From Thermoplasmatota archaeon (GTDB lineage: Archaea; Thermoplasmatota; Thermoplasmata; UBA10834): a stretch of 64,000 nucleotides of DNA. Below the pieces are notes generated by a model, which was given only the letters and a program-made list of their open reading frames with translations, had not been told where the DNA came from and did no database searches. This document shows positions 19,825 through 29,487 of this stretch, in pieces. The number at the start of each line of letters is the position of its first letter. The stretch's first letter is position 1. Position numbers and translations under genes: made by a program. The stretch lies in the NCBI GenBank assembly GCA_040751795.1, contig JBFMHR010000005.1:128001-192000 (forward strand), given 5' to 3'.

Positions 19825-20808
19825 TCAGTCCTTCCCGGACAGCATCGCCACCAGCTGGTCCTCGAACATCGCCTGCTTCGCGTAGTGCTCGTTGGTGTCC
19901 TTGATCGCCACGTACCACCAGTAGACCGCGAAGAGGCCGAGGGTTACGAACGATACCAACACGAACAGCCCGGTCGGCCTGCTGGGGAGGGTGGTGCCCT
20001 CGTCGAGGGCTCCCGCCGTCGCCCCTGCCCTCGCGAGGGCGACCTTCGTGCCCCTGGCGAACTCCGTCCAGGCCTGGTCGTGCTTCCAGGTGTCGTCCGA
20101 GATGATGTGGAGGAAGTAGAACATGAGCACGATGTGGACCGCCATGATCGGGATCGACACGATCTGGAGCGAGTCGGAGAGGTCGAAGTCGTTGTTCAGG
20201 ACGGCGAAGTCCTCCGCGAGGGAGCCTACGAGCGGGAGGGCGATCACGGCCGCCCAGAGGAGCGGACTCCGCTTCGTCCCGTATGCCGCCCTCCCATCGA
20301 GGACCTGCTCGCGCCCCCAGGGGTCGCTGGCGAGGCTGCGGGCGCCGCCGAGCTTGCCCAGGACCTTGCCGACGGCGTCCATCGCCGCCGCCTCCCTCTC
20401 CAGGTGCCAGTTGGCCCGGTCGACCATCAGGTACGCGAGGGCCGCGTAGACGGCATAGAGCATCACGTTGAACACGACCGCGGCGAGGATGTACGCGTCC
20501 ATGTCGCCGAGGATCTCCTCCTCCGTGGGCATGTCCCCGCCGGTAAGGTCGAAGTCGAGTATCTTCCCGAAGATCGCGCCGACCAGCACTATCCCGAAGA
20601 GCATGGTGAGGATGTACGGCACCACGGCGGCCCATTCCGGGAGGCGCCGGTCGGTCCGCCTCCTCCTCGACAGCGCCTCCCGGAGCTCCCCCAGCTCCGC
20701 GCCGATGGCGGCGTTCTCGACCCTCACTTCAGGCTGCATCCTGACGCCGCAGTACGTGCAGAACACGGACTGCTCGGAGCTCTCCATCCCACAACCAGGG
20801 CACCTCAT
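19825..20808 (-). CDS. N-terminal zinc-ribbon membrane protein with DUF4234-like repeats
   Basis: MRCPGC...FCTYCG, several TM segments, VTLGLFAVYWWY...NEH motif. Confidence 0.75.
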   Translation of the reverse strand: MRCPGCGMESSEQSVFCTYCGVRMQPEVRVENAAIGAELGELREALSRRRRTDRRLPEWAAVVPYILTMLFGIVLVGAIFGKILDFDLTGGDMPTEEEILGDMDAYILAAVVFNVMLYAVYAALAYLMVDRANWHLEREAAAMDAVGKVLGKLGGARSLASDPWGREQVLDGRAAYGTKRSPLLWAAVIALPLVGSLAEDFAVLNNDFDLSDSLQIVSIPIMAVHIVLMFYFLHIISDDTWKHDQAWTEFARGTKVALARAGATAGALDEGTTLPSRPTGLFVLVSFVTLGLFAVYWWYVAIKDTNEHYAKQAMFEDQLVAMLSGKD

Positions 20809-20952
20809 CGCGACCCCGCCCTGACAAGCGTCTCCGGGGTAGTTAACCGTTGCCGGGGGATGCCCGGCTCGGACGAACGCCGCGTTCATATAGTGGCTGG
20901 CCCGTTCACGTCATCGTGGGCGGGGTGTGGCCCCGCGTGGTGGGTGGTGCAG

Positions 20953-23487
20953 GTGCGTTCTCTGGTAGTTGCATTCGTGTCGATAGCAGTGGCCGCGTGT
21001 CTCGTCTCGACGGTCCCCCCGCAATGCAGTGCAGCGTCTGATGACCTCCCGGCCTCCTCGGCATGGACCGGCTCCGTGCTCAGGATGGGGTTCATGGAGA
21101 AGGTCGACAGCCTCAACCCGATGATAGGCATGACGGACGCGTCACGTTTCTTCTACAGCCTGGTGTACGACTCCCTCTTCTCGTACGGCAACGACCTCGA
21201 GACCGTAGGGAACCTGGCGACCGGGTGGAGCGTCGTCCCTGTCACGGACCCTGAGCTCGTCGCGAGCGGGGAGCCCTACGGCTCGGTGTGGGAGTACGAG
21301 ATCACCCACAACGCCGAATGGCACGACGGGGAGCCTCTCACCGCGGCGGACGTCGAGTGGGTGCTGGACCTCAACTCCGCGTACTTCGAGTACTTCTGGT
21401 CCAGCCAGCCGTATGCCTACTTCATGGATTACGCCGAGGCGGTGGACGACTACACCGTCAGGGTGCACTACTTCGACAGGTCCACGGGGGAGCCGCAGCC
21501 CGTGGCCTACGGCGACACGATCAACATCCCGATGATCCCGAGGCACCTGCTCACGTCCTACACCCCCGGCGACATAGCGTTCTCCTGGGACGGGACCTTC
21601 GACGGCATCGACCCGCCCCTGGTCGGCACCGGCCCGTTCATGGCGGGCCCGGACCTGTACGACGACTGGCTCAATGCGGACGTCATCACCCTCCTCGCGA
21701 ACCCGGACCACCACTGGGCGGACGACAGGGGGGAGGAGGTCCAGCTCGACGCCGTCTCGATGTACTTCTACGACGACGCGACCGCGATGGAGCTCGCCCT
21801 CAGGATGGGTGAGCTCGACGTGGCCCAGCTCCCGCCCCAGAACTTCATCTCCCTCCGCGAGGACGTGCTCTCCGGGGACATCGAGAACGTCGAGGTCTTC
21901 GACGGGCCCAAGTGCACCCAGCTGTGGAGCTCGGTGGCGATCAACCAGAACTACGCAGGCCCCAACCCCGCGCGCCTCGACCCCGCGGTCAGGCAGGCCA
22001 TGGCGATGTGCACCAACAAGGAGTACATAGTCGACCAGTTCTACTACGGCCTCGCCGACGTCGGGAGCACCCTCATATCGACCGCAGGCGGCGAGTGGCA
22101 CTACGAGCCGACGGTTGACGAAGTGTACGAGTTCGATGTGGACGCCGCCGCCCAGCTCCTGGAGGATGCCGGCTACCTCTACACGGTGGAGAGCCCGGAG
22201 GTGAGGGTGGCCACCGCCGACAGCTACGCGGTCCAGCAGGGGCTGGTCGCAGAGGGGACCCCCCTGGAGTTCGACCTGATGGTGGTGATCGAGAGGCCAG
22301 AGGACAGGGATATCGCTGCGTACCTGGTGGATGCATGGAGTGGCGCCGGCATCCAGCTGATGTACAGGGTCATGACGGAGGCAGCGATGTGGACGTACAT
22401 CTACTCCTACAACTACGACCTGGCGATCCTCCCCTGGAGCTCGGACCCGGACCCGAACAGGATGCTGTTCATCCAGTCGAGCTACGCGTGGAACGGGTGG
22501 GCCGAGATAAGGTACGACAACGCCTCGTACGACGCGAGCTACAGCGCCTCAGTCACGTCGATGGACTTCGAGGAGAGGCTGGCCCACGTCCACGACTGCC
22601 AGAGGACGCACTACCTCGACGTCGGGCACATCGTCCTCGCGTACCAGTACCAGAGGTACGCCTGGAGGACCGACACCCTCTCGGGCTGGGGCGACTGGGC
22701 CGCGGACCCGGGGAGGAGCCTCGACGCGTACTGGGGCGTGCACCCGCTGCTCTTCGACCTATACTCGCAGTTCAGCTATGCGCTCGTCGAGTACGAGAGG
22801 GAGGACGCGTTCTCCATGCTCGTCCCGGACGGGTGGACGCTGCAGGAGGACGAGACGATTGGCGACACGGAGTTCGACCTCACCCTGAGGGGGGAGGCCC
22901 ACGGGGACTTCCAGACCAACATCCTCCTCGACTCCGACAGGATGAGCGGCGTCCAGGAGTCTAGGGAGTACCTCGAGAATGAGATGGAGGCGGGCCTGGA
23001 GGAGCTGGAGGCCGAGGGCGTGCCGACGACCCCCATAGGGTCAACCCAGTACTGGGAGGGCGCCAACTACTCAGCGCTGAGGTTCGCATACAAGTGGGAC
23101 CAGATGGACATCGTCCAGGACATGACCCTGTACGCCGACAGGGAGAGCGGGAAGATGTGGGTGCTGGTCTGCTCGGTGCACTCCGACTACTACGCGGTCT
23201 ACGAGACCATGTTCCAGGAGATCGCCATGAGCCTGGACGTCGTGGAGCACGAAGTCCTGTCAGTGGCCATGTACGCGGCGATAGGCGCCATCGCCGCCGC
23301 TGCGGTCGTGGCGGTGGTCGCCGCCCTGTACCTCATGAAGTCCAGGAAGGCCGTCGCCCCGCCTCCGCAGCCGGCACAGGCCCCGCCTCCGGCGCAGGTC
23401 TGCTCCGCATGCGGGTCCGCCCTCCCGCCGGGGGGCGCGTTCTGCACCCGGTGCGGGAAGGGGCCGGAGCCGCCTCCGCCGACGTGA
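20953..23487 (+). CDS. Family-5 (peptide/Opp-type) solute-binding protein fused to a PsbP/DcrB-like domain, TM helix, Pro-rich linker and C-terminal zinc ribbon
   Basis: DSLNP, WHDGEPLTAADV and VGTGPF motifs; FSMLVPDGW domain; TM; CSAC...FCTRCG. GTG 20953 follows a GGTGG SD. The 1200-aa ORF start overlaps the opposite-strand gene. Confidence 0.85.
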   Translation: MRSLVVAFVSIAVAACLVSTVPPQCSAASDDLPASSAWTGSVLRMGFMEKVDSLNPMIGMTDASRFFYSLVYDSLFSYGNDLETVGNLATGWSVVPVTDPELVASGEPYGSVWEYEITHNAEWHDGEPLTAADVEWVLDLNSAYFEYFWSSQPYAYFMDYAEAVDDYTVRVHYFDRSTGEPQPVAYGDTINIPMIPRHLLTSYTPGDIAFSWDGTFDGIDPPLVGTGPFMAGPDLYDDWLNADVITLLANPDHHWADDRGEEVQLDAVSMYFYDDATAMELALRMGELDVAQLPPQNFISLREDVLSGDIENVEVFDGPKCTQLWSSVAINQNYAGPNPARLDPAVRQAMAMCTNKEYIVDQFYYGLADVGSTLISTAGGEWHYEPTVDEVYEFDVDAAAQLLEDAGYLYTVESPEVRVATADSYAVQQGLVAEGTPLEFDLMVVIERPEDRDIAAYLVDAWSGAGIQLMYRVMTEAAMWTYIYSYNYDLAILPWSSDPDPNRMLFIQSSYAWNGWAEIRYDNASYDASYSASVTSMDFEERLAHVHDCQRTHYLDVGHIVLAYQYQRYAWRTDTLSGWGDWAADPGRSLDAYWGVHPLLFDLYSQFSYALVEYEREDAFSMLVPDGWTLQEDETIGDTEFDLTLRGEAHGDFQTNILLDSDRMSGVQESREYLENEMEAGLEELEAEGVPTTPIGSTQYWEGANYSALRFAYKWDQMDIVQDMTLYADRESGKMWVLVCSVHSDYYAVYETMFQEIAMSLDVVEHEVLSVAMYAAIGAIAAAAVVAVVAALYLMKSRKAVAPPPQPAQAPPPAQVCSACGSALPPGGAFCTRCGKGPEPPPPT

Positions 23488-23617
23488 CCCTGCGCGCCGG
23501 GAGATGCGCCGTCCTGGGTTGACCAAGGCGTCAACCAATTCGAACGGTTCATATACACGCCAGGCGCTAGATGGCATGGGAATGGCGGGCGGAACCGCCA
23601 TGAAGGAGTGGGTTCGG

Positions 23618-26395
23618 ATGAAGCGCTTGATTCCGGCGGCCGTGGCCGCCGCAGTCTGTCTATGCCTGGTCATGTCGATCGTCCCGCAGGGTCCGGAAGT
23701 CCTCCCTGCAAGGATAGCCCAGACCGAGGAGGCCGTGCTGAAGATCGGGTTCCTGGAACCCATCGACAGCCTCAACCCGATGATAGGCCTGAACGAGGCC
23801 TCGTTCGTCTTCTACGGCCTCGTCTACGACGCCCTGCAGAGCGCCGGGAACGAGCTCGAGGCGGTCCCGAACCTCGCGACCGATTGGTGGGTGGTCCCTG
23901 AGACGGATCCGGATATGATCTCGTCGGGTGAACCGTACGGTTCCGTGTGGCAGTACAACATCACCGGCAACGCCCTCTGGAGCGACGGCACCGCTTTCAC
24001 AGCCGCCGACGTGGCCTGGAACATCAACCTGCAGGCCGAGTACTACGACTCCATGTGGGCTTTCCAGCCATACGCGTACTTCATGGACCACGCGGAGCTG
24101 TACGGGTCGGACTCGGTGAGGGTCCACTACAGCGACCGTGAGACCGGCGACCCGATGGCCGTGTCCTTCGGCCACTTCCTCCCGATATACATGCTCCCGA
24201 TGCACAAGCTCTCCTCCATGAGCCCCTACGAGATCGGCTTCTCGTGGGATGGCGCTTTCGAAGGCGAGGATCCGCCGGTCGTCGGCACGGGCCCGTTCAT
24301 CGCCGGTCCGAACCTGTATGACGAGTGGCTGTCCGGCGCCACCATGAACCTCTCCAAGAACCCGGACCATCACCTCGCCGCAGACCAGGGGCTCGAGACA
24401 TCGATAGATCGCATCGAGCTCCACTTCTATGACGACGCCGACGCCATGAGCCTGGACCTGCAGGGCGGCGCGATAGACGTCGCCCAGCTGCCCTACGAGC
24501 AGTACGAGGCGCTCGGCGCCCTTGTCGAGGGCGGCAGCGTCGCGAACGTCACCCTCTTCGACGGGCCGAGGTGCGACGGCTACTGGACGCACGTGGGGTT
24601 CAACATGTACGAGTCCGGCCCGAACCTGGTCAGGCTGGACCCCGCCGTCCGTGAGGCCCTGGCGATGGCCACCGACAAGGCGCACATCGTCGAGGAGATG
24701 TACGGCGGCTACGCCGACGAGGGCTCGACGCTGGTGGCGCCGGTGAACGAGCCGTGGCACTACGAGCCCAGCGAGGCGGAGGCCTTCCTTTTCGACCCCG
24801 ATGCTGCGAATGCGACCCTCGAGGCCGCAGGGTATTCGTATCCGTATGTTGGCGCCCCGTACAGGGTCGCCACGGCCGCGAGCCTCGCCGTGGCGGAGGG
24901 TTGGGCGCTCGAGGGCGACCCGCTCGTGCTCGAGATGCTCGTTAGGATGGAACACCCCGAGGAGGTAGCGATATCGATCTTCCTGGCCGAGTCATGGGCC
25001 TCGGTCGGTGTGGGGCTGGGGGTGTCCGGTGTGGACGAGCCGACGCTCGCCACGATCGTGTACTCGTACACCTACGACACTTGCATATGGGACTGGTACT
25101 CCGAGCCCGACCCGAACTACATACTCTTCTGTCAGTCCCAGCGCTCCTGGGCCGCATGGAGCGACAACATGTACTCCGCCCCGGACTACGAGATGAACTA
25201 CAACCTGTCCGTGACGGAGATGGACCCAGAGACGAGGGCCGGGTACGTCCACGCCTGCCAGCTCATTCACTACCAGGACGTCCCGTACATCGTGATGGCG
25301 TACACGCACCAGACATACGCGTGGAGGACCGACAACCTCATCGGGTGGGGCGACTGGTCCGAGGACCCCGGGAGGAGCCTGTCCGCCTACTGGACCGCGA
25401 ACCCGCTGCTCTTTGACCTGAACCTCGCCTCCGAGAACTCCGCCCCGGAGAACCTCGCGATCGATGTCCCGTCCGGGGACGTGTACGAAGGCCAGCTGGT
25501 GGCCTTCACGGTGTCGGCCGACGACGCGGAGGAGGACGCGCTCTTCCTCGAACTGGACTTCGGGGACGGCACGGCCGTGGGCCAGACCTTCCTGTCCGGT
25601 GTCTCGACCCACTACGAGGACACGTTCATGCACTCGTTCGATGAGGCTGGCGTCTACGACCTCACCTTGACGGCGGACGACCAGACCGGGCTCGCCGGCC
25701 ACGTCGTCGAGTACGGCCCGGTCGAGTTCACGGTCCTCGAGGACGACATCGCCCCCGTGACGGAGATCGAGCTCGTGGGCGACGGGGACATAGGGTCATG
25801 GTTCGTGTCGGCCATCCAGGTGCACCTGAACGCCACCGACGTCGGCGGAGAGGTGGAGGTCACCGAATGGGCGCTGGACAACGAGGAATGGGCCGAGTAC
25901 GTCGGGCCTTTCTTCGTCTCGGCCGAGGGGGAGCATCAGATCCTGTACAGGTCGAACGACACCAACGGGAACACCGAGGCGGCTAAGTCCGTCGTGGTCA
26001 GGATAGACACGGTCGCGCCCACCGTCGTGATAGAGATGGACCTGACGCAGACATCGAGCACGGTCACCCTGGAAGCCCAGTGGGAGGACGCGTCCAGCGG
26101 GGTCATGAGGACGACGTACTCGCTCGACGGAGGCGCACCCCAGGAGCCGGTCCTGAACTCGACCATCACCCTGACGGAGGTGGCGGACGGTGAGCACACC
26201 GTGGTCGTGACGGTCTACGACGACGCGGGCCATTCGGCCAGCGCGACGGCGACCTTCGAGGTGGAGACGAGCATCTTCGCCCTCGACGGCCCCGCTGGAC
26301 CGTGGGTCGTCATAGGCATGGCAGCGGCGCTGCTGGCAATCATGGGGGTCGCCGGTTTCATGCTGTACAGGAGGAAGAGCCCGCCCACCGAGTGA
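23618..26395 (+). CDS. Family-5 solute-binding protein fused to PKD + Ig-like stalk domains and a C-terminal TM anchor
   Basis: DSLNP, WSDGTAFTAADV, VGTGPF; DFGDGT (PKD); TM followed by RRK. ATG 23618 follows GGAG (alternative start 23600). Confidence 0.88.
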   Translation: MKRLIPAAVAAAVCLCLVMSIVPQGPEVLPARIAQTEEAVLKIGFLEPIDSLNPMIGLNEASFVFYGLVYDALQSAGNELEAVPNLATDWWVVPETDPDMISSGEPYGSVWQYNITGNALWSDGTAFTAADVAWNINLQAEYYDSMWAFQPYAYFMDHAELYGSDSVRVHYSDRETGDPMAVSFGHFLPIYMLPMHKLSSMSPYEIGFSWDGAFEGEDPPVVGTGPFIAGPNLYDEWLSGATMNLSKNPDHHLAADQGLETSIDRIELHFYDDADAMSLDLQGGAIDVAQLPYEQYEALGALVEGGSVANVTLFDGPRCDGYWTHVGFNMYESGPNLVRLDPAVREALAMATDKAHIVEEMYGGYADEGSTLVAPVNEPWHYEPSEAEAFLFDPDAANATLEAAGYSYPYVGAPYRVATAASLAVAEGWALEGDPLVLEMLVRMEHPEEVAISIFLAESWASVGVGLGVSGVDEPTLATIVYSYTYDTCIWDWYSEPDPNYILFCQSQRSWAAWSDNMYSAPDYEMNYNLSVTEMDPETRAGYVHACQLIHYQDVPYIVMAYTHQTYAWRTDNLIGWGDWSEDPGRSLSAYWTANPLLFDLNLASENSAPENLAIDVPSGDVYEGQLVAFTVSADDAEEDALFLELDFGDGTAVGQTFLSGVSTHYEDTFMHSFDEAGVYDLTLTADDQTGLAGHVVEYGPVEFTVLEDDIAPVTEIELVGDGDIGSWFVSAIQVHLNATDVGGEVEVTEWALDNEEWAEYVGPFFVSAEGEHQILYRSNDTNGNTEAAKSVVVRIDTVAPTVVIEMDLTQTSSTVTLEAQWEDASSGVMRTTYSLDGGAPQEPVLNSTITLTEVADGEHTVVVTVYDDAGHSASATATFEVETSIFALDGPAGPWVVIGMAAALLAIMGVAGFMLYRRKSPPTE

Positions 26396-26423
26396 TCGGG
26401 AAACCTTTGAATGCGGCGGGGAA

Positions 26424-26441
26424 GCCCGCCGTCCCTTGACC
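26424..26441. terminator. Perfect 7-bp hairpin between convergent genes
   Basis: CGGCGGG-GAAG-CCCGCCG. Terminator function is not demonstrated and archaeal terminators are usually oligo-T. Confidence 0.3.
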
Positions 26442-26448
26442 CCTTCTC

Positions 26449-27903
26449 CTAGCGGCGGCGCCCGATCAGCTTCTTCTCCGCCTCTTTCACGACCGCCGTG
26501 AGCTGCCTGTCCTGGTCCTTGTCCAGCGGGGTGACCTGGTGCTCCTTGATGAGCCTCTTCGCGACGTCGCCCGCGACGTCCTGGATGGGCCTGATGCCCT
26601 CGGCCTTCGCCTTGTCCGGGTTCCTCTTGTCGAAGAACGGCGAGATCCTGATCTCCTTGATGTTCCTCATCGTGTGCATCTGGGCGAGGTAGTTGCCCAT
26701 CGGGCCGACCTTGTCTATGATGTCCAGGGCGAGGTGCTCGTCGTCGACCTTCATCCCCTCGATGGCCTTGAACACGTTGCCGTAGATCTCGTTGTCGATG
26801 ATGAGCATCTCGTAGCTCGCGGCGTTGTCCCACGCGCCGCCTATTCCGGACAGGTTGTCCGCGCCCGCGGCGGCCGGGAGCAGCGCCCCGAGGACCCTCT
26901 CGATGCCCATCTGCATGTCGAACTGGTTGCCGTCCGTCGTCACGCCGTAGACGTCCGCGACCATGTGGTACTTGTGCGCTATCTGGACCGTCGCGGCCGA
27001 CACCAGCGCCATCTCGGGGACGCCCCAGATGTTCTTGCCGGTCCTGAGGTCCATCATGCTGAGCCTGCCGGAGTACATGTTCGGTATCTTCGGGTCGACG
27101 GTCTGCACCAGCATCACGCCGGAGAGCATCTCCGCGTTCTGCTGGGCGAGCCCCCCGGACAGCGTCACGGGGGCCGTCCCGCCGCAGATCGGGCACGGGA
27201 CTATGTCGACGGGCGCGCCGTACTCCGCGCCCCTGATCATGACCTCCGACGCGTGCTTGTCCCAGGTGAGCGGGCTGCTGGGCGAGCCGTAGACGTTGAA
27301 CAGGGGCCTCTTCCTGAGCGCCTCGACGCTTCCGGTGACGCAGGCCCACATCTTGGCCATCATGTCGACGGTCTCCTCGTCGAGGGCGTACCCGGACACG
27401 CACTTGGTCGTGTTCCTCATCATGGCCTCCATGGTCTTGACAGGGAGGACGTCGGCGGGCACGTCCGTCGCGACGACGAGGTTTGAGATTGTGTGGCAGA
27501 AGGGCAGCGCGTCCATGACCCTGGTGGCGTCCTGGACGTCCTTCAGCGTGGACATCCTGTGCTCACCGGTCTCGAGGTCCCTCATGAGCGGGTTGCCGCC
27601 GAGCGAGTGGGCGTAGACGGTCTCCCCGTCGAACGTGACGTCGTTCTTCGGGTCCCTGGCGTAGGACGTGGCGAAGCGCGGGATCTTCCTGATGGCGTCC
27701 TCGACCATGCTCCTCGGGAACGTGAGCACGTTCGCCCTTGTCGGGTGCTTGACCGCGCCGGCCTTGAGTAGTCTCTCCCTGGCCTTGTCGCTGTCGAACC
27801 TGACACCGGTCCTCTCGAGTATCTTGAGCGACGCCTCGTGTATGGCGTCGACCTGCCCGTCCGTCAGAACCTTGAGCTTGTAACCGCACTTGATGCCCTG
27901 CAT
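26449..27903 (-). CDS. Trimethylamine methyltransferase (MttB) superfamily protein, non-pyrrolysine
   Basis: IHEASLKILE.TGV, SPL, GGTAPVTLSG.L.Q.NAE and D.Q.G.E motifs; no in-frame TAG. Confidence 0.88.
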   Translation of the reverse strand: MQGIKCGYKLKVLTDGQVDAIHEASLKILERTGVRFDSDKARERLLKAGAVKHPTRANVLTFPRSMVEDAIRKIPRFATSYARDPKNDVTFDGETVYAHSLGGNPLMRDLETGEHRMSTLKDVQDATRVMDALPFCHTISNLVVATDVPADVLPVKTMEAMMRNTTKCVSGYALDEETVDMMAKMWACVTGSVEALRKRPLFNVYGSPSSPLTWDKHASEVMIRGAEYGAPVDIVPCPICGGTAPVTLSGGLAQQNAEMLSGVMLVQTVDPKIPNMYSGRLSMMDLRTGKNIWGVPEMALVSAATVQIAHKYHMVADVYGVTTDGNQFDMQMGIERVLGALLPAAAGADNLSGIGGAWDNAASYEMLIIDNEIYGNVFKAIEGMKVDDEHLALDIIDKVGPMGNYLAQMHTMRNIKEIRISPFFDKRNPDKAKAEGIRPIQDVAGDVAKRLIKEHQVTPLDKDQDRQLTAVVKEAEKKLIGRRR

Positions 27904-28174
27904 GCTGTTCCCCTCACGATTGATCCGCATGGCACCGGCCCCAGAAGCGTCCGGCCGTGCGGGCCGGCTCAGGTCACCGGTGCTCTTCCTTGGCGCCTGT
28001 ATGCAGAACCCCTAAAAATACTTGATTCCGACGGACCGGCGCGACGAGCACGCTCCGGGGTGGCGGTCTGACTGCCTTTTCCGCACAGGCCAGATGAATA
28101 CTTTATTAACGCCCCTCGCGGATACGAACGGCCGTGGGGCAGGGCCCCCAGGGGCAGCTCAGTTGGCAGGCGCG

Positions 28175-29485
28175 ATGTTCAGGCTCGCTCACCGGGTCGT
28201 CTATCCTGGCTTCATGGACCACTACGCCCGGCTCATGAAGGGCCAGACCCGGCCCCGGGAGGAGCTCGTCGGGGACCAGGTGTCGTCGCTCAGGGCGATG
28301 CTCATGCACGCCTACGACAAGGTCCCCTACTACCACGGCCTTCTGAAGGGGAGGAACCTCAGGCCCGACGACTTCAAGGCCATCGAGGACCTCGAGAGGC
28401 TCCCGGTGCTGACCAAGGATGTCATCAAGGCCAACTGGGAGGCGCTCGTCCCGCTGGACATCGCCTCCGTGAGGTACGAGAGGAAGGCGACGGGCGGCTC
28501 AACGGGCACCCCGTTCCCGTACAGGATGAGCAGGCACGACAAGATGCTCAGCATGTGCCACCTCTACAGGGGCTGGTCCTACGCCGGCTACCAGCTGGGC
28601 GACCGTATGGTCTTCATGGGGGGCTCGTCGCTCACCATGGGCGCGGGCTCCGCCGCGACCAGGCGGGTGCACGAGGTCGTGAAGAACATCAGGATGCTCT
28701 CCTCGTTCGACATGGACGAGGCCCACATGCGCTCCTACGCCGACACCATCAACAGGTTCCGGCCCAGGTTCGTGTTCGGCTACGCGTCGTCGATATCCTT
28801 CTTCTCCAGGTGGCTCAAGGCGAACGGCGTACAGGTGAACCCGCCCGTCGCGGTGTTCGCCACCGCCGAGAAGCTCTTCCCCGAGGCGAGGAAGGGGATC
28901 GCGGAGGCGTTCCGCTGCGAGGTGCTCGACACCTACGGGCTCAACGACGGCGGCGTCTCCGCCTTCGAGTGCCTGGAGCACAGGGGCATGCACGTCGACA
29001 CCGAGCGGGCCATCATGGAGGTCGTCGACGCCGACGGGCGGCAGCTCGCGAAGGGCGAGGGGAGGATACTCGCGACGAGCCTCCACAACCAGGCGATGCC
29101 CTTCATCAGGTACGACACGGGCGACATAGGCCGCGTCACGGACGAGCTCTGCCCTTGCGGCAGGCAGCACCCGCTCCTCGAGGAGATCAAGGGGCGGGAG
29201 CAGGAGATGCTCATGACCCCGGAGGGCGCCGCGGTCCACGGGGAGTTCTTCACGCACATATTCTGGGAGGTTTCGGGCGTCAAGGAGTTCCAGGTGGTCC
29301 AGGACGCCAAGGACCACCTCACGGTGCGCGTGGTGCCGGAGAAGTCGTACGACCCGAAAGAGATGGACAAGGTCCGGGACTACATCCGCGCGAGGAGCCC
29401 CGGATGGAAGGTGGACTTCCAGAAGGTCGACGCGATCGACAGGACCAGGGGCGGCAAGTACAGGTTCGTGATCAGGGAGGTCTGA
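28175..29485 (+). CDS. CapK / phenylacetate-CoA ligase family adenylate-forming enzyme
   Basis: HAYDKVPYY, LPVLTK, TGGSTGTP and MPFIRYDTGD motifs; glycan-locus context. TATA-like CTTTATTAA at 28101. Confidence 0.85.
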   Translation: MFRLAHRVVYPGFMDHYARLMKGQTRPREELVGDQVSSLRAMLMHAYDKVPYYHGLLKGRNLRPDDFKAIEDLERLPVLTKDVIKANWEALVPLDIASVRYERKATGGSTGTPFPYRMSRHDKMLSMCHLYRGWSYAGYQLGDRMVFMGGSSLTMGAGSAATRRVHEVVKNIRMLSSFDMDEAHMRSYADTINRFRPRFVFGYASSISFFSRWLKANGVQVNPPVAVFATAEKLFPEARKGIAEAFRCEVLDTYGLNDGGVSAFECLEHRGMHVDTERAIMEVVDADGRQLAKGEGRILATSLHNQAMPFIRYDTGDIGRVTDELCPCGRQHPLLEEIKGREQEMLMTPEGAAVHGEFFTHIFWEVSGVKEFQVVQDAKDHLTVRVVPEKSYDPKEMDKVRDYIRARSPGWKVDFQKVDAIDRTRGGKYRFVIREV

Positions 29486-29487
29486 AG

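Noticed and set aside
19885-20952. Apparent 1200-aa SBP with a long N-terminal extension
   Set aside because: The extension is the antisense of the DUF4234-like gene; the signal peptide, SD and TATA box place the start near 20953.
26900-26980. Possible pyrrolysine readthrough in the MttB homolog
   Set aside because: The frame is open with no internal TAG; the equivalent residue is Thr.
28555-29487. Apparent 701-aa GT4, and similar N-terminal extensions of rmlA, trpD-C, trpF, trpB and trpA
   Set aside because: The extensions overlap the upstream gene in another frame; true starts coincide with stop/start overlaps or an SD.
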